NCBI GenBank assembly: GCA_045633085.1
Contig: JAZQXX010000010.1
Span: 1-50,673, forward strand
Direction: 5' to 3'
DNA: 50,673 nt
Origin: Negativibacillus sp.
Lineage (GTDB): Bacteria; Bacillota; Clostridia; Oscillospirales; Ruminococcaceae
Made by a program: the position numbers and the translations under genes. The notes under the pieces are model-generated. The model searched no databases, had not been told where the DNA came from, and saw only the letters and a list, made by a program, of their open reading frames with translations. Of the stretch, positions 19,631-30,942 are shown piece by piece (the first letter of the stretch is position 1; each line of letters begins with the position of its first letter).

Positions 19631-20947
19631 TTATTCCAGGAATCCTTTGTAGTGACGCATCATCATTTCAGATTCGAGCTGTCTTACAGTATCCAGCGCT
19701 ACACCAACAACGATGATGATGGTAGTACCACCAAAGGAAATGTTGATCTTGGTGATTGCTGCTACGAAGATTGGCAGGATTGCTACTACAGCCAGGAACA
19801 GAGCGCCTACCATAGTAACTTTAGAAATGATTCTAGAAATAAAGTCGGAAGTTGGTTTACCAGGTCTGATACCTGGAATTGCACCATTCTGTTTTCTCAG
19901 GTTGTTAGCCATTTCAATTGGATTGTACTGGATAGCAACGTAGAAGTAAGCGAATGCAACGATCAGAACGAAGTAGATCAGAGCATAGAATGGGCTATCG
20001 TAATTCAGCGCATTGAGTACTTTCTCCATGAAACCGCCTTCAGCTGGAGTTACGAACGCACCGATGGTGGTTGGAATCGCCAGGATAGTGGAGGAGAAGA
20101 TTACTGGCATTACACCAGAGAGGTTTACGCTGATTGGAAGATGGCTGGACTGGCCACCGTACATTTTACGGCCAACTACGCGTTTTGCGTACTGAACCGG
20201 AATGCGGCGTTCAGCTTTAGTCATCAGAATGATGAAGGAAATCATCAAAACGAAGAGTACTACGATTACCGGAATACCGATTACGTAGCGGAGACCCTGT
20301 CCCCAGAAGCCAGTACGGAGCAGGTCAATACCTTCAGCGAAGTACTGAATAACGCCCAGTGCTGCAGTCAGACCTCTGGATACGATACCAGCGAAGAGCA
20401 GCATGGAGATACCGTTACCGATACCTTTTTCATCAATTCTTTCGCCCAGCCATACACAGATCATTGCGCCGGCGGTGAAGGAAAGAACGATAGTCAGTGG
20501 AATCAGGAAGTTTGCAAAGCCGTTGCTACCAGCCATTACAGCACTCTGGGATTTCAGAATGTTATAGTAACCGAAGGACTCAACCAGAGCCAGGGCTACG
20601 GTGGTGCCACGTTCAATCTTCTTCAGTTTCTTTCTGCCGGATTCGCCTTCCTTAGAAAGCTTTTCCAGAGCAGGAATTGCTACGGTGAGCAACTGAATGA
20701 TAATGCTGGCAGAGATGTAAGGGGTGATAGACAGAGCGAACAAAGTACCGTTCTGGAATGCACCACCAGTCATCAGGTTCAGGTAACCGAAGAGGTTACC
20801 GTCGCCGAATCCTGCCATCTGGCTTGCATTCAGGAATGGCACTGGCAGAGCCGCGCCAATCCGGAATACGACAATAATCAAGAGGGTGTACAGGAGTCTA
20901 TTTCTCAGGTCAGGCATTTTCCACGCGCGCTTGAGAGTTTCGATCAT
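19631..20947 (-). CDS. secY: Preprotein translocase SecY
   Basis: FALSITPYISASII, GIGNGIS, IPGIRPG; position in the spc operon. Confidence 0.98.
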   Translation of the reverse strand: MIETLKRAWKMPDLRNRLLYTLLIIVVFRIGAALPVPFLNASQMAGFGDGNLFGYLNLMTGGAFQNGTLFALSITPYISASIIIQLLTVAIPALEKLSKEGESGRKKLKKIERGTTVALALVESFGYYNILKSQSAVMAGSNGFANFLIPLTIVLSFTAGAMICVWLGERIDEKGIGNGISMLLFAGIVSRGLTAALGVIQYFAEGIDLLRTGFWGQGLRYVIGIPVIVVLFVLMISFIILMTKAERRIPVQYAKRVVGRKMYGGQSSHLPISVNLSGVMPVIFSSTILAIPTTIGAFVTPAEGGFMEKVLNALNYDSPFYALIYFVLIVAFAYFYVAIQYNPIEMANNLRKQNGAIPGIRPGKPTSDFISRIISKVTMVGALFLAVVAILPIFVAAITKINISFGGTTIIIVVGVALDTVRQLESEMMMRHYKGFLE

Positions 20948-20948
20948 C

Positions 20949-21389
20949 CTAGATCACCTCTGCTTTACCGCCTGCTTTTTCGATTTTTTCTTTAGCAGAT
21001 GCGGAGAATGCTGTTGCGTTAACAGTCAGTTTTTTGGTCAGTTCACCGTTACCGAGAACTTTAACACCGTCGTTCAGTTTTTTGATCAGACCAGCTTCTC
21101 TCAGAACGTCTGCAGTAATTACAGTGCCGTCTTCGAAGCGTTCCAGATCGCTTACGTTAACAGTGGTGTAAACGGTTGCAAAGATGTTGGTGAAACCTCT
21201 TTTTGGAACACGTCTCTGCAGAGGCATCTGGCCACCTTCGAAGCCAGGTCTTACGCCGCCGCCGGAGCGTGCATTCTGTCCTTTATGACCCTTACCAGCG
21301 GTTTTACCGTTACCGGAACCGGAACCTCTACCAACGCGGAAAGCTTTTTTGGTAGAACCTGGTGCTGGGCAAAGTTCGTGCAATTTCAT
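20949..21389 (-). CDS. rplO: 50S ribosomal protein L15
   Basis: [27 protein letters not shown]. Confidence 0.98.
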   Translation of the reverse strand: MKLHELCPAPGSTKKAFRVGRGSGSGNGKTAGKGHKGQNARSGGGVRPGFEGGQMPLQRRVPKRGFTNIFATVYTTVNVSDLERFEDGTVITADVLREAGLIKKLNDGVKVLGNGELTKKLTVNATAFSASAKEKIEKAGGKAEVI

Positions 21390-21409
21390 TGTAGCTGCAC
21401 CTCCTTGAA

Positions 21410-21589
21410 TTAAGCTTCGGTTACCTGTACGAGGTGAGAAATCTTATTGATTTTACCTCTGGTAGCTGCGTTGTCAGGCTGGATAACCTCGTTACCGATT
21501 TTTCTCAGACCAAGGGAATGAGCGGTAGCGATCTGGTCGTCCTTGCGGCCCTGAAAACCTCTTACCAGTTTGATTTTAAGGTTTGCCAT
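21410..21589 (-). CDS. rpmD: 50S ribosomal protein L30 (not in ORF track)
   Basis: Manual translation [32 protein letters not shown]...[10 protein letters not shown]; lies between rpsE and rplO. Confidence 0.95.
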   Translation of the reverse strand: MANLKIKLVRGFQGRKDDQIATAHSLGLRKIGNEVIQPDNAATRGKINKISHLVQVTEA

Positions 21590-21603
21590 AAGTTGCGACC
21601 TCC

Positions 21604-22104
21604 TTATCCGATAATTTCTTCAACGCTTTTGCCACGGATTGCTGCAACTTCTTCAGCTGTTCTCAGAGCAGCCAGACCATTGATGGTAGCAGTTACAACA
21701 TTGCATGGGTTGTTGGATCTCAGGCATTTGGTACGGATGTCGTGGATACCTACCATTTCGAGTACCGCACGTACTGGACCACCTGCGATAACACCAGTAC
21801 CGACTGGAGCTGGCATCATCAGAACACGGCCTGCGCCGAATTCACCAACGATTTCGTGTGGGATGGTTGTGCCTTTCAGGCTAACTTTGATCAGATGTTT
21901 TTTAGCATCTTCGATACCTTTACGGATAGCGTCTGGAACTTCAGCAGATTTACCAATACCGAAGCCTACGATACCATTACCGTCGCCTACAACAACCAGT
22001 GCCGCAAATTTCATAACACGTCCGCCTTTAACCGTTTTGGATACACGGTTAATAGCAACGACTCTCTCGTTCAGTTCGAGTTTAGAAGCGTCAATGCGAG
22101 TCAA
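21604..22104 (-). CDS. rpsE: 30S ribosomal protein S5
   Basis: [20 protein letters not shown]. Confidence 0.98.
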   Translation of the reverse strand: MTRIDASKLELNERVVAINRVSKTVKGGRVMKFAALVVVGDGNGIVGFGIGKSAEVPDAIRKGIEDAKKHLIKVSLKGTTIPHEIVGEFGAGRVLMMPAPVGTGVIAGGPVRAVLEMVGIHDIRTKCLRSNNPCNVVTATINGLAALRTAEEVAAIRGKSVEEIIG

Positions 22105-22119
22105 AAGTATCCCTCCCCG

Positions 22120-22479
22120 TTAGAATTTGAGGCCGCCCTCACGAGCGCCTTCTGCTAATTCTTTTACGCGGCCATGATAGAGGTAACCGCTACGGTCGAA
22201 TACAACCTCGGAGATACCTTTTTCGAGAGCCTTAGCTGCTACTGCTTTACCAACTTTAGCAGCTGCTTCTTTATTACCGCCGAAACCTTCAAAGCCTTTT
22301 TCCATAGAAGAAGCGCTAACCAGAGTTACACCGTTAACGTCGTCAATGATCTGGGCATAGATATGTTTAGCGGAGCGGAATACGTTGAGGCGTGGACGCT
22401 CAGGTGTGCCGCTAATTTTAGCTCTAACTCTGCGATGTCTTTTCAGTCTCGCTTTGTTGCTATCAAGCTTTTTCACCAT
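22120..22479 (-). CDS. rplR: 50S ribosomal protein L18
   Basis: [20 protein letters not shown]. Confidence 0.98.
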   Translation of the reverse strand: MVKKLDSNKARLKRHRRVRAKISGTPERPRLNVFRSAKHIYAQIIDDVNGVTLVSASSMEKGFEGFGGNKEAAAKVGKAVAAKALEKGISEVVFDRSGYLYHGRVKELAEGAREGGLKF

Positions 22480-22496
22480 TTCGATTCACTCCTTTA

Positions 22497-23039
22497 TTAT
22501 TTACCTTTACCAGCTTTACCTTCCTTGCGGATGATAACTTCGTCTACGTATTTAATACCTTTGCCCTTGTATGGCTCTGGCAGACGTTTTTCGCGAATTT
22601 CAGCAGCGAGCTGACCTACAGCTTCTTTGTCTGCACCGCTAACAATGATTTTGTTAGGAGCTGGTACTTCGATAGTGATGTTTGCTGGTTCTGGCATGAT
22701 TACTTTATGGGAATAACCCAGGATCATTACCAGGTTTTTACCTTCTTTAGCTGCTCTGTAACCTACACCGTTAACTTCCAGTTCTTTTTTGAAACCTTCA
22801 GTAACACCGATTACCATGTTGGAGATCAGGGTTCTGGTGAGGCCGTGCAGGCTTCTGTTTTCTTTCTCATCGTTTGGTCGAGTAACAACGATTTCGTTGC
22901 CCTCTACTGCGATATCCATTGCGGAGTGCAGTTCTTTAACGAGAGTGCCTTTAGGACCTTTTACAGTCAGTTCATGGCCGTTGAGAGTAACTTCAACGCC
23001 TGCTGGAACTGCAACTGGTTTTCTACCAATTCGAGACAT
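22497..23039 (-). CDS. rplF: 50S ribosomal protein L6
   Basis: [17 protein letters not shown]. Confidence 0.98.
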   Translation of the reverse strand: MSRIGRKPVAVPAGVEVTLNGHELTVKGPKGTLVKELHSAMDIAVEGNEIVVTRPNDEKENRSLHGLTRTLISNMVIGVTEGFKKELEVNGVGYRAAKEGKNLVMILGYSHKVIMPEPANITIEVPAPNKIIVSGADKEAVGQLAAEIREKRLPEPYKGKGIKYVDEVIIRKEGKAGKGK

Positions 23040-23054
23040 TCTTAGTGCACCTCC

Positions 23055-23453
23055 TTACCAAATGAATGCAAGGACTTCGCCGCCTACATTCTCTTTACGA
23101 GCCTGTTTGTCGGTCATAATGCCTTTTGGAGTGGACATGATAGCGATACCAAGTCCGTTCATAACTGCTGGCATATCCTTGCAGCTGGTATAGATGCGCA
23201 GGCCAGGTTTGGAAACTCTTTTCAGGCCGGTGATAACAGCCTCTTTACCTACACCGTATTTCAGAGTGATACGGATGATACCCTGTTTTCCATCATCAAT
23301 AACCTGGAAGCCTTTGATGTAACCCTCATCCAAGAGAATCTGTGCAATAGCTTTTTTCATGTTAGATGCTGGAACATCAACGGTGTCATGTTTTGCTGCA
23401 CTCGCATTACGGATACGAGTCAGCATATCAGCGATTTTATCTGTAATTTGCAT
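23055..23453 (-). CDS. rpsH: 30S ribosomal protein S8
   Basis: [18 protein letters not shown]. Confidence 0.98.
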   Translation of the reverse strand: MQITDKIADMLTRIRNASAAKHDTVDVPASNMKKAIAQILLDEGYIKGFQVIDDGKQGIIRITLKYGVGKEAVITGLKRVSKPGLRIYTSCKDMPAVMNGLGIAIMSTPKGIMTDKQARKENVGGEVLAFIW

Positions 23454-23477
23454 GACGTCAACCTCCTTTGCTTGTGC

Positions 23478-23663
23478 TTACCAGCTAGCTTTCTTCACGC
23501 CTGGGATCTGACCTTTGTAAGCCAGTTCACGGAAGCAAATACGGCAAATACCGAATTTACGAAGATATGCGTGAGGTCTGCCGCAGATTTTGCATCTGTT
23601 GTATGCGCGAGTAGAGTACTTTGGCTCTCTCTGCTGACTAACTTTTTTACTAGTTTTTGCCAC
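23478..23663 (-). CDS. rpsZ: 30S ribosomal protein S14 type Z (Zn-binding)
   Basis: 61 aa; RCKICGR..CRIC.RE; KASW end. Confidence 0.97.
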   Translation of the reverse strand: MAKTSKKVSQQREPKYSTRAYNRCKICGRPHAYLRKFGICRICFRELAYKGQIPGVKKASW

Positions 23664-23676
23664 TGTACCTTACCCC

Positions 23677-24216
23677 CTATTTCTCGAATGGTGCACCCAT
23701 CAGCTTCAGCAGCTCACGGGATTCCTCATCGGTTTTAGCGGTAGTAACGAAGCAAATGTCCATACCGCGTACTTTGTCGATTTTATCGTACTCGATTTCA
23801 GGGAAGATCAACTGTTCTTTCAGACCCATGGAGTAGTTACCACGACCGTCGAAACCGTTAGGGTTGATACCTCTGAAGTCTCTTACTCGTGGCAGGGACA
23901 GGTTGAAGAGTCTATCAACGAACTCATACATTACGTCGCCTCTCAGAGTAACTTTTGCACCGATAGTCATGCCTTCACGAAGTTTGAAGTTTGCTACGGA
24001 TTTTTTAGCTTTGGTTGGAACAGCTTTCTGACCGGTGATGGTGGTCAGGTCAGCGATGATAGCGTCGATCAGTTTGTGGTTGTCGCGAGCTTCGCCGCAA
24101 CCAACGTTTACAACTACTTTATCCAGTTTAGGAATCTGCATAACGCTTTTGTAACCGAACTTTTTGTACAAAGCTGGCGCAACTTCAGCTGCGTAGAATT
24201 CTTTCATTCTTGCCAT
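23677..24216 (-). CDS. rplE: 50S ribosomal protein L5
   Basis: [19 protein letters not shown]. Confidence 0.98.
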   Translation of the reverse strand: MARMKEFYAAEVAPALYKKFGYKSVMQIPKLDKVVVNVGCGEARDNHKLIDAIIADLTTITGQKAVPTKAKKSVANFKLREGMTIGAKVTLRGDVMYEFVDRLFNLSLPRVRDFRGINPNGFDGRGNYSMGLKEQLIFPEIEYDKIDKVRGMDICFVTTAKTDEESRELLKLMGAPFEK

Positions 24217-24235
24217 TGTTCTGCTCTCCTCCTAA

Positions 24236-24547
24236 TTAGAATGTTTCGCCGCATTTTTTGCAGAGGCGAACTTTGCCTTCTGCGGTGATTTTGTGTGCTA
24301 CGCGGGTAGCTTTGCCACATTTAGGGCAAACCAGCATTGCTTTGCATGCGTACATAGCACTTTCAGCGTCAACGATACCGCCTTTATCGCCCATCTTGCG
24401 AGGTTTAACATGTTTTTTGATCATGTTGCAACCTTCAACGATGATTTTGCCTTCTTTTGGGCTTACAGCCAGGACTTTGCCCTGTTTGCCTTTATCTTTA
24501 CCGGTGAGGATAACGACTGTATCGTTTGTTTTAACGTGTACACTCAC
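24236..24547 (-). CDS. rplX: 50S ribosomal protein L24
   Basis: KOW motif [10 protein letters not shown]; GGAGG RBS supports a GTG start at 24547. Confidence 0.96.
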   Translation of the reverse strand: MSVHVKTNDTVVILTGKDKGKQGKVLAVSPKEGKIIVEGCNMIKKHVKPRKMGDKGGIVDAESAMYACKAMLVCPKCGKATRVAHKITAEGKVRLCKKCGETF

Positions 24548-24562
24548 TTTGAGCACCTCCTA

Positions 24563-24931
24563 TTAAAGTACCTCAGGGGCGAGGCTGAGAATCTTGAGGT
24601 AATCATTATCACGCAGTTCTCTCGCCACTGGGCCAAAAATACGTGTGCCCCTTGGAGTCTTATCATCTTTAATAATAACAGCAGCATTTTCGTCGAAACG
24701 GATGTAAGTACCGTCTTCGCGTCTCAGGCCCTTTGCAGAGCGAACGATTACTGCCTTAACAACGTCACCTTTTTTAACAACACCGCCTGGAGCAGCTTTC
24801 TTAACGGAAGCTACAACCACGTCACCGATGTTTGCATATCTACGACGGGTACCACCCAGAACGCGGATGCACATGAGCTCTTTTGCACCAGTGTTGTCGG
24901 CAACTTTGAGATAGGTCTGCATCTGAATCAC
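24563..24931 (-). CDS. rplN: 50S ribosomal protein L14
   Basis: [21 protein letters not shown]. Confidence 0.98.
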   Translation of the reverse strand: MIQMQTYLKVADNTGAKELMCIRVLGGTRRRYANIGDVVVASVKKAAPGGVVKKGDVVKAVIVRSAKGLRREDGTYIRFDENAAVIIKDDKTPRGTRIFGPVARELRDNDYLKILSLAPEVL

Positions 24932-24981
24932 AGAGCATGCCCTCCTTTCGGTTGTACTATCAAACCAATATAATGTTTAGA

Positions 24982-25236
24982 TTATTTAGCCTGTTCGATT
25001 ACTTCAACAACTCTCCAGTGTTTGTCTTTAGACAGTGGACGAGTTTCCATAACCTGCACTTTGTCACCGATTCTGCATACGTTTTCTTCGTCATGAGCTT
25101 TGAAGGTGATGGTGCGTTTCATGATTTTTTTGTAGAGAGGATGTTTAACGTTGTCTTTAACAGCTACTACAACGGTTTTATCCATTTTGTCGCTAACTAC
25201 AACGCCCACTCTGGTTTTTCTAGAATTTCTTTCCAT
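24982..25236 (-). CDS. rpsQ: 30S ribosomal protein S17
   Basis: [18 protein letters not shown]. Confidence 0.98.
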   Translation of the reverse strand: MERNSRKTRVGVVVSDKMDKTVVVAVKDNVKHPLYKKIMKRTITFKAHDEENVCRIGDKVQVMETRPLSKDKHWRVVEVIEQAK

Positions 25237-25253
25237 TGTGTTATCCTCCCTTC

Positions 25254-25445
25254 CTATTTCATTTCGTTTTCTTTGATAACGGTAGAGATTTTAGCAATGT
25301 CGCGTTTAACTGCTTTAATTCTCATTGGGTTATCAAGCTGATTGATAGCGTGCTGGAAGCGGAGGTGGAACAGTTCTGCTTTCAGTTCGTTGAGTTTTTC
25401 AACCAGTTCATTAGCGGACAGATTTCTGATCTCAGCGATTTTCAT
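25254..25445 (-). CDS. rpmC: 50S ribosomal protein L29
   Basis: [15 protein letters not shown]. Confidence 0.97.
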   Translation of the reverse strand: MKIAEIRNLSANELVEKLNELKAELFHLRFQHAINQLDNPMRIKAVKRDIAKISTVIKENEMK

Positions 25446-25867
25446 TACTTGTTACCCTCCTCTTTCTTAGTGATGAATTTACATTTGATTGGCAGTTTGT
25501 GCATAGCCAGACGCATAGCTTCGCGAGCCAGCTCTTCGCTTACGCCGCCGATTTCAAACATAACTCTGCCTGGTTTAACAACAGCAACCCAGTATTCAGG
25601 GCTACCTTTACCAGAACCCATTCGGGTTTCAGCAGGTTTTTCAGTGATTGGTTTGTCAGGGAAGATTTTGATCCATACCTGACCGCCACGTTTGATGTAA
25701 CGGGTCATTGCAATACGGGCAGCCTCGATCTGGTTGGAAGTGATCCAAGCTGGTTCGAGTGCCTGGAGGCCGAAGTCACCGTTGGAAACAACGTTGCCTC
25801 TCATTGCTTTACCTTTCATACGTCCTCTGTGGACTCTACGATATTTTACTCTTTTAGGCAGAAGCAT
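25445..25867 (-). CDS. rplP: 50S ribosomal protein L16
   Basis: [19 protein letters not shown]. Confidence 0.98.
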   Translation of the reverse strand: MLLPKRVKYRRVHRGRMKGKAMRGNVVSNGDFGLQALEPAWITSNQIEAARIAMTRYIKRGGQVWIKIFPDKPITEKPAETRMGSGKGSPEYWVAVVKPGRVMFEIGGVSEELAREAMRLAMHKLPIKCKFITKKEEGNK

Positions 25868-26553
25868 TATTTTTTGCCTCCTTCCTTGCGAGGTGCTCTT
25901 TTAACTTCCTGAAGAACTTCACCTGCGTATACCCAAACTTTAACACCGATTTTACCGTAGGTGGTGTCAGCTTCAGCGAAGCCGTAGTCGATGTCAGCTC
26001 TCAGGGTCTGCAGAGGAATGGTACCTTCATGGTAATGTTCGGTACGAGCGATTTCAGCGCCAGCCAGACGACCGGAAACGCTTACTTTGATACCTTTAGC
26101 ACCCAGTTTCATAGCGCGGCCGATGGACTGTTTCATTGCACGACGGAAAGATACGCGTCTTTCCAGCTGAGCAGCAATGTTTTCAGCAACCAGCTGAGCG
26201 TTTTTGTCTGGATGTTTAACTTCTACGATGTTGAGGAATACTTTAACTGGAACTTCTTTGTTCTTGTTAACCATTGCCTCGCACTGTGCGCGAAGTTTTT
26301 CGATTTCTGCGCCGCCTTTACCGATAACCATACCAGGTTTAGCGCAGTGGATGTGGATTCTTACTTTTGCAGCGTCGCGTTCGATTTCGATTTTAGGAAC
26401 GCCAGCCAGGTGCAGCTGTTTTTTGAGAACTTTACGGATGTTGTAGTCCTCTACCAGGAGATCGCCGAAGGCATTATCTCTTGCAAACCAGCGGGAATCC
26501 CAATTTTTAATAACGCCAACACGGATACCGTGTGGATTTACTTTCTGTCCCAT
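25867..26553 (-). CDS. rpsC: 30S ribosomal protein S3
   Basis: [27 protein letters not shown]. Confidence 0.98.
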   Translation of the reverse strand: MGQKVNPHGIRVGVIKNWDSRWFARDNAFGDLLVEDYNIRKVLKKQLHLAGVPKIEIERDAAKVRIHIHCAKPGMVIGKGGAEIEKLRAQCEAMVNKNKEVPVKVFLNIVEVKHPDKNAQLVAENIAAQLERRVSFRRAMKQSIGRAMKLGAKGIKVSVSGRLAGAEIARTEHYHEGTIPLQTLRADIDYGFAEADTTYGKIGVKVWVYAGEVLQEVKRAPRKEGGKK

Positions 26554-26574
26554 AGTTTAACGCCTCCTTCTGAT

Positions 26575-26910
26575 TTATTCCTGTTCTTTCACTACGATAG
26601 TGATGTTAGATGTTCTTTTGAGCACTCTGTATGCTCTGCCCTGAGCTCTTGGTCTTACACGTTTCATTGTAGGACCCTGACCTACGAAGCACTCTGCCAC
26701 GTACAGGGAGTTAGCGTCCATGTTGTGGTTGTTTTCAGCATTAGCAATAGCGGATTTCAGCAGTTTTTCTACTGGTTCGCATGCTGCTTTTGGAGTGTAT
26801 TTCAGGATAGCCAGCGCCTGTTTTGCTGGTTTATTTCTGATCAGGTCGAGCACAATCTGCACTTTACGAGGTGCAATGCGGGCATTTCTAAGGTAAGCCC
26901 TTGCTTCCAT
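26575..26910 (-). CDS. rplV: 50S ribosomal protein L22
   Basis: [23 protein letters not shown]. Confidence 0.98.
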   Translation of the reverse strand: MEARAYLRNARIAPRKVQIVLDLIRNKPAKQALAILKYTPKAACEPVEKLLKSAIANAENNHNMDANSLYVAECFVGQGPTMKRVRPRAQGRAYRVLKRTSNITIVVKEQE

Positions 26911-26936
26911 TTGTTATCCTCCTTTCGGTCGTCCGC

Positions 26937-27209
26937 TTATTTGGATTTCTTAGATCCAGCGTGACCTCTATAGGTTCTAGTAGGAGCGAATTCTCCCAAT
27001 TTATGTCCTACCATGTCCTCAGTTACGTATACTGGAACATGTTTACGTCCATCATGAACAGCAAATGTGTGTCCAACGAAATCAGGGAAGATAGTGGATG
27101 CACGGCTCCAAGTTTTGAGAACTCGTTTTTCGCCTGCAGCATTCATCTCTTTTACGCGTTTCAGCAGAACTGGCTGCACGAAAGGTCCCTTTTTAACACT
27201 TCTACTCAT
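26937..27209 (-). CDS. rpsS: 30S ribosomal protein S19
   Basis: [22 protein letters not shown]. Confidence 0.98.
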   Translation of the reverse strand: MSRSVKKGPFVQPVLLKRVKEMNAAGEKRVLKTWSRASTIFPDFVGHTFAVHDGRKHVPVYVTEDMVGHKLGEFAPTRTYRGHAGSKKSK

Positions 27210-27240
27210 TGTTCATCTGCCTCCTTTCATTCAACCTGCT

Positions 27241-28074
27241 TTACTTGTCGTTACGACGTTTAACAATAAACTTGTTAGAAAGGTTTTTCTTCTTTCTGGT
27301 TTTGTAGCCAAGAGCAGGTTTACCCCAAGGAGTAACAGGGCCTGGACGGCCGATTGGGGATCTACCTTCACCACCACCGTGTGGATGGTCACATGGGTTC
27401 ATTACGGAACCGCGAACGGTTGGTCTCCAGCCCATGTGGCGTTTACGGCCAGCTTTACCGATGTTTACGTTCTCGTGTTCGAGGTTGGATACCTGACCGA
27501 TAGTAGCCATGCATTCAACAGGAACATTTCTCAGCTCGCCGGATGGGAGTCTGATCAGAGCGTATTTGCCTTCTTTAGCCATCAGCTGAGCCATGATACC
27601 AGCAGCGCGAGCGAGCTGAGCGCCTTTGCCTGGGTACAGTTCAACGTTGTGGATGAAGGTACCAACTGGGATGTTAGCCAGTGGAAGTGCGTTACCTGGT
27701 TTGATGTCAGCGTTAACACCAGATTCGATCACATCGCCAACTTTCAGGCCGTGTGGTGCAACGATGTATCTTTTCTCGCCATCTTCGTACTGAACCAGTG
27801 CGATGAAAGCGGAACGGTTTGGGTCGTACTCGATGGTGAGTACGGTAGCTGGCATATCAGCTTTGTTTCTCTTGAAGTCGATTACGCGGTATTTTCTTCT
27901 GTTGCCGCCGCCGTGGTGACGAACAGTGATTCTACCATAGCTGTTGCGACCAGAGGTTTTCTTCATTGGTTCGAGAAGGGATTTCTCTGGAGCAACCTTG
28001 GACAACTCAGAGTAGTCGATGACGGTCATCTGACGTCTGGAAGGAGTTGTCGGTTTAAAGGTTTTAATAGCCAT
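27241..28074 (-). CDS. rplB: 50S ribosomal protein L2
   Basis: [21 protein letters not shown]. Confidence 0.98.
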   Translation of the reverse strand: MAIKTFKPTTPSRRQMTVIDYSELSKVAPEKSLLEPMKKTSGRNSYGRITVRHHGGGNRRKYRVIDFKRNKADMPATVLTIEYDPNRSAFIALVQYEDGEKRYIVAPHGLKVGDVIESGVNADIKPGNALPLANIPVGTFIHNVELYPGKGAQLARAAGIMAQLMAKEGKYALIRLPSGELRNVPVECMATIGQVSNLEHENVNIGKAGRKRHMGWRPTVRGSVMNPCDHPHGGGEGRSPIGRPGPVTPWGKPALGYKTRKKKNLSNKFIVKRRNDK

Positions 28075-28153
28075 TCGGTTTCACTCTCCTCATAAGGATT
28101 TGTCGGGACATGAGTCATCCCATAGTTGCCTGCCCCGAGTTGGGCGGGCTTTA

Positions 28154-28447
28154 TTACATCATGCTATCGAAGAATTCGATGGTTTTGGAATCTTCAGTCA
28201 GGGTTACAACAGCTTTTTTCCAATCGGAAGTGTAGCCGAATTTCATACCCTGGCGTTTCATTTTGCCGCTAACGTTGATGGTGTTAACTTTAGCAACTTT
28301 AACGCCGAAGACTTTTTCAACTGCCTGAGCAATTTCAATTTTGTTAGCAGATTTAGCAACTTCGAAAGTGTACTTTTTCAGCGCAATGTTCTGCATAGAA
28401 GCTTCAGTGATGATAGGTTTTACGATCACGTCGTGTGCAGTTTTCAT
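28154..28447 (-). CDS. rplW: 50S ribosomal protein L23
   Basis: [19 protein letters not shown]. Confidence 0.97.
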   Translation of the reverse strand: MKTAHDVIVKPIITEASMQNIALKKYTFEVAKSANKIEIAQAVEKVFGVKVAKVNTINVSGKMKRQGMKFGYTSDWKKAVVTLTEDSKTIEFFDSMM

Positions 28448-29070
28448 TATGCGTACACCTCCTCGATTTTAGCTACTGCGTCTTTAGCAACGATGAATTT
28501 TTCGCAGTTGAGAATGTCGTAAACATTCAGGGTGTTAACCAGAGCAGTTTTTACGCCTGGGATGTTAGCTGCGCTCTTAACGAACTTAGCGTTCAGTTCA
28601 GGCATAACGATCAGAGATTTTTTGGTTGCGCCCAGATTGGAGAGCATCTCTGCAACAACTTTGGTTTTGAACTCTTCAACAACAATGTTCTCAACAACGA
28701 TCATGTTGTTATCCTGAACTTTTGCGGAGAGTGCGGATTTCATAGCCAGTCTCTTAACTTTTTTGTTCAGAGCATAGCTGTAGTCTCTTGGTTTAGGACC
28801 GAGAGCGATACCACCGTGAGTCCACTGTGGAGCACGGATGGAACCCTGTCTAGCGCGACCAGTACCTTTCTGTTTCCAAGGTTTTCTGCCGCCGCCTCTT
28901 ACTTCGGAACGAGTCAGAGTAGACTGAGTGCCCTGGCGCTGATTTGCCAGGTAGTTAACTACTGCTGCATGCATTACGGAAGTGTTTGGTTCGATACCGA
29001 AGATAGCATCAGAGAGGGTCATTTCGCCAACGCTTTTGCCGGTCATATCAAATACTTTAACCTGTGGCAT
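28447..29070 (-). CDS. rplD: 50S ribosomal protein L4
   Basis: [19 protein letters not shown]. Confidence 0.98.
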   Translation of the reverse strand: MPQVKVFDMTGKSVGEMTLSDAIFGIEPNTSVMHAAVVNYLANQRQGTQSTLTRSEVRGGGRKPWKQKGTGRARQGSIRAPQWTHGGIALGPKPRDYSYALNKKVKRLAMKSALSAKVQDNNMIVVENIVVEEFKTKVVAEMLSNLGATKKSLIVMPELNAKFVKSAANIPGVKTALVNTLNVYDILNCEKFIVAKDAVAKIEEVYA

Positions 29071-29087
29071 TGATGTTTCCTCCTTCC

Positions 29088-29717
29088 CTATGCTTTCACG
29101 CTGTTGGTGATGTATACGATGCCGTTTTTAGCACCTGGAATAGCACCCTTCAGCGCAATCAGATTGTTTTCAACGTCAACTTTGACAACTTCCAGATTCT
29201 GAACAGTAACTTTTTCAGCACCCATGTGACCTGGCAGTGGCATGCCTTTGAAGACATGAGCTGGGTCGATAGGACCGTTGGAACCGGAATGTCTGTGAAC
29301 AGGGCCGGTACCGTGAGTTTCTTTCAGTCTGTGGCCGCCGTGGCGTTTGATGGTACCAGCATAACCTTTACCTTTGGAAATACCGCTTACATCAACTTTG
29401 TCGCCGATAGCGAAGGTGTCTGCTTTGATCAGATCGCCCACATTCAGGGTGGAGCAATCTTCCAGACGGAACTCTCTCAGATGACGTTTCATAGCCACGT
29501 CAGCTTTTGCGAAGTGGCCCTGGAGAGGTTTGGAAACATGTTTGCTTGTGGTTTCGCCAAAACCGATCTGCACAGCTTCATAGCCGTCGTTTTCGATTGT
29601 CTTTTTCTGAACGACTACACAAGGACCTGCTTCGATTACAGTTACAGGGATGAACTTGCCGTTCTCGTCAAAAAGCTGAGTCATACCGAGCTTTTTGCCT
29701 ACAATGCACTTATTCAT
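29088..29717 (-). CDS. rplC: 50S ribosomal protein L3
   Basis: [20 protein letters not shown]. Confidence 0.98.
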   Translation of the reverse strand: MNKCIVGKKLGMTQLFDENGKFIPVTVIEAGPCVVVQKKTIENDGYEAVQIGFGETTSKHVSKPLQGHFAKADVAMKRHLREFRLEDCSTLNVGDLIKADTFAIGDKVDVSGISKGKGYAGTIKRHGGHRLKETHGTGPVHRHSGSNGPIDPAHVFKGMPLPGHMGAEKVTVQNLEVVKVDVENNLIALKGAIPGAKNGIVYITNSVKA

Positions 29718-29844
29718 TGTACATATACCTCCTATTGGTTATTGGTTGGTGTTTCACCAACATTACCTTTGCAGACGCTTTCTTTCCTTATCCAGGTGTT
29801 TCACCCGGCTCCCAAGGAGAAAGCGAACCTCTAATTCGCAATGA

Positions 29845-30156
29845 TTAGAGTTTAACTTCGATTTCTACGCCTGCAGGGAGCTCAAGACTTTTCAGAGCTT
29901 CAACAGTTTTAGCAGTTGGTCTCAGAACGTCAATGAGTCTTTTGTGGGTTCTCAGTTCGAACTGTTCGCGGCTGTCTTTGTATTTATGAACAGCGCGAAG
30001 GATGGTTACGATTTCTTTATCGGTTGGGAGTGGAATTGGGCCAGAAACTCTAGCACCTGTTCTTTTTGCTACTTCTACGATTTTTTCTGCAGAAGCATCT
30101 ACCAGCTGATGATCGAAACCTCTCAGTCTGATTCTGATTTTTTCGTTGACTGCCAC
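29845..30156 (-). CDS. rpsJ: 30S ribosomal protein S10
   Basis: [26 protein letters not shown]. Confidence 0.98.
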   Translation of the reverse strand: MAVNEKIRIRLRGFDHQLVDASAEKIVEVAKRTGARVSGPIPLPTDKEIVTILRAVHKYKDSREQFELRTHKRLIDVLRPTAKTVEALKSLELPAGVEIEVKL

Positions 30157-30477
30157 ATCATCGCCTCCTTAGACATTTTCTTTTGTGGGACGACGTCTTA
30201 GCCACTGAACACGCTTCCGTGTGTTTCACGGTTCAAGCAATAAAAAATCCGGACAAACCGCCATTGCGCAGTTCACCCGGGACCTTAGACGATCTTCTCA
30301 AAGAAGTTCGCCACAACTTTTAACGCGGCACAGTTGTCCCTTGCGAAACATCTGTGTTCCAAGTCGTTAGTCAGTGTTGTAAGCCGCCCGGTTTAAAATC
30401 GGACATACTCGGCGGAAATTACCTGCTTCCTAAAGCAGCAACCTCCCGCTTCATCGCATATCTTGTGCAGTCTTTGC
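30157..30477 (-). promoter_or_regulatory. ~320-nt structured 5' leader of the S10 operon (probable S10-Clostridia ribosomal leader at its 5' end)
   Basis: Lies between a good promoter and rpsJ; 5' part GCGATGAAGCGGGAGGTTGC...TTTCCGCCGAGTATGTCCG...CCGGGCGG resembles the clostridial rpsJ leader as I recall it (not checked against a model). Confidence 0.6.
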
Positions 30478-30483
30478 TTGTTT

Positions 30484-30512
30484 ATAATACCATCATTTTT
30501 CTTGAATTGCAA
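30484..30512 (-). promoter_or_regulatory. Sigma-A promoter of the S10 operon
   Basis: Minus strand TTGCAA-17 bp-TATTAT with extended -10 TG. Confidence 0.75.
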
Positions 30513-30884
30513 GCCCTTTTTACGCCTCAAAACACGATTCAGTTCATCCGCCAGTTTCGGAGATTTCAACACCCAAGTTTTGTGCACCATGTACAAGAAT
30601 CAACCCATTATATGGAAGTCGTAGCCATCTGATTGTATTTTCGAGAGTTTTCTCTGTCGATTTCCTATGTTTTCACATGTTATTTTGATCAGATTGACGG
30701 AGATTTATTCCAAAATTCCTGTTTTTTCATTTTGCTGCAGCTCAGGCCTGTCATAATGCTGATTTGCTATTATATATTATAATAAGGTAGATACCACCCG
30801 GGTGTTTCTTTCCGAAGGACAATAATCGCTATTTTCCGTCTGTCGTGTACTTCTATTGCTGCAGCACCTTTTTACGGCTTTTTC

Positions 30885-30913
30885 TTGACAGTTGCAGGGA
30901 AATATGCTATTTT
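30885..30913 (+). promoter_or_regulatory. Sigma-A promoter of proS
   Basis: TTGACA-17 bp-TATTTT with extended -10 TG. Confidence 0.7.
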
Positions 30914-30942
30914 AACTTTGTAAATGACAGCTATATAAAACA

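Noticed and set aside
19097-20995. Long antisense ORFs over secY/adk, and similar ones over rbsA, proS, pflB, fhs and ribosomal genes
   Set aside because: Same shadow effect of biased codon usage in highly expressed genes
16111-24547. Zn-ribbon Cys motifs in S4, L36, S14 and L24
   Set aside because: Normal for Clostridia
29748-29805. GAAAC-containing repeats as a possible CRISPR remnant
   Set aside because: Only two 11-mers, each the loop of a hairpin, with no repeat-spacer periodicity and no cas genes
30600-30795. Motifs resembling the left arm of the Bacillus dif site (ACTTCCATATAAT near 30608-30619; CTACCTTATTATAATATATAATAG near 30766-30791, both minus strand)
   Set aside because: No matching second (XerD-type) arm, AT-rich context, and a location beside the S10 operon is unexpected for dif; cannot be supported without a PWM scan
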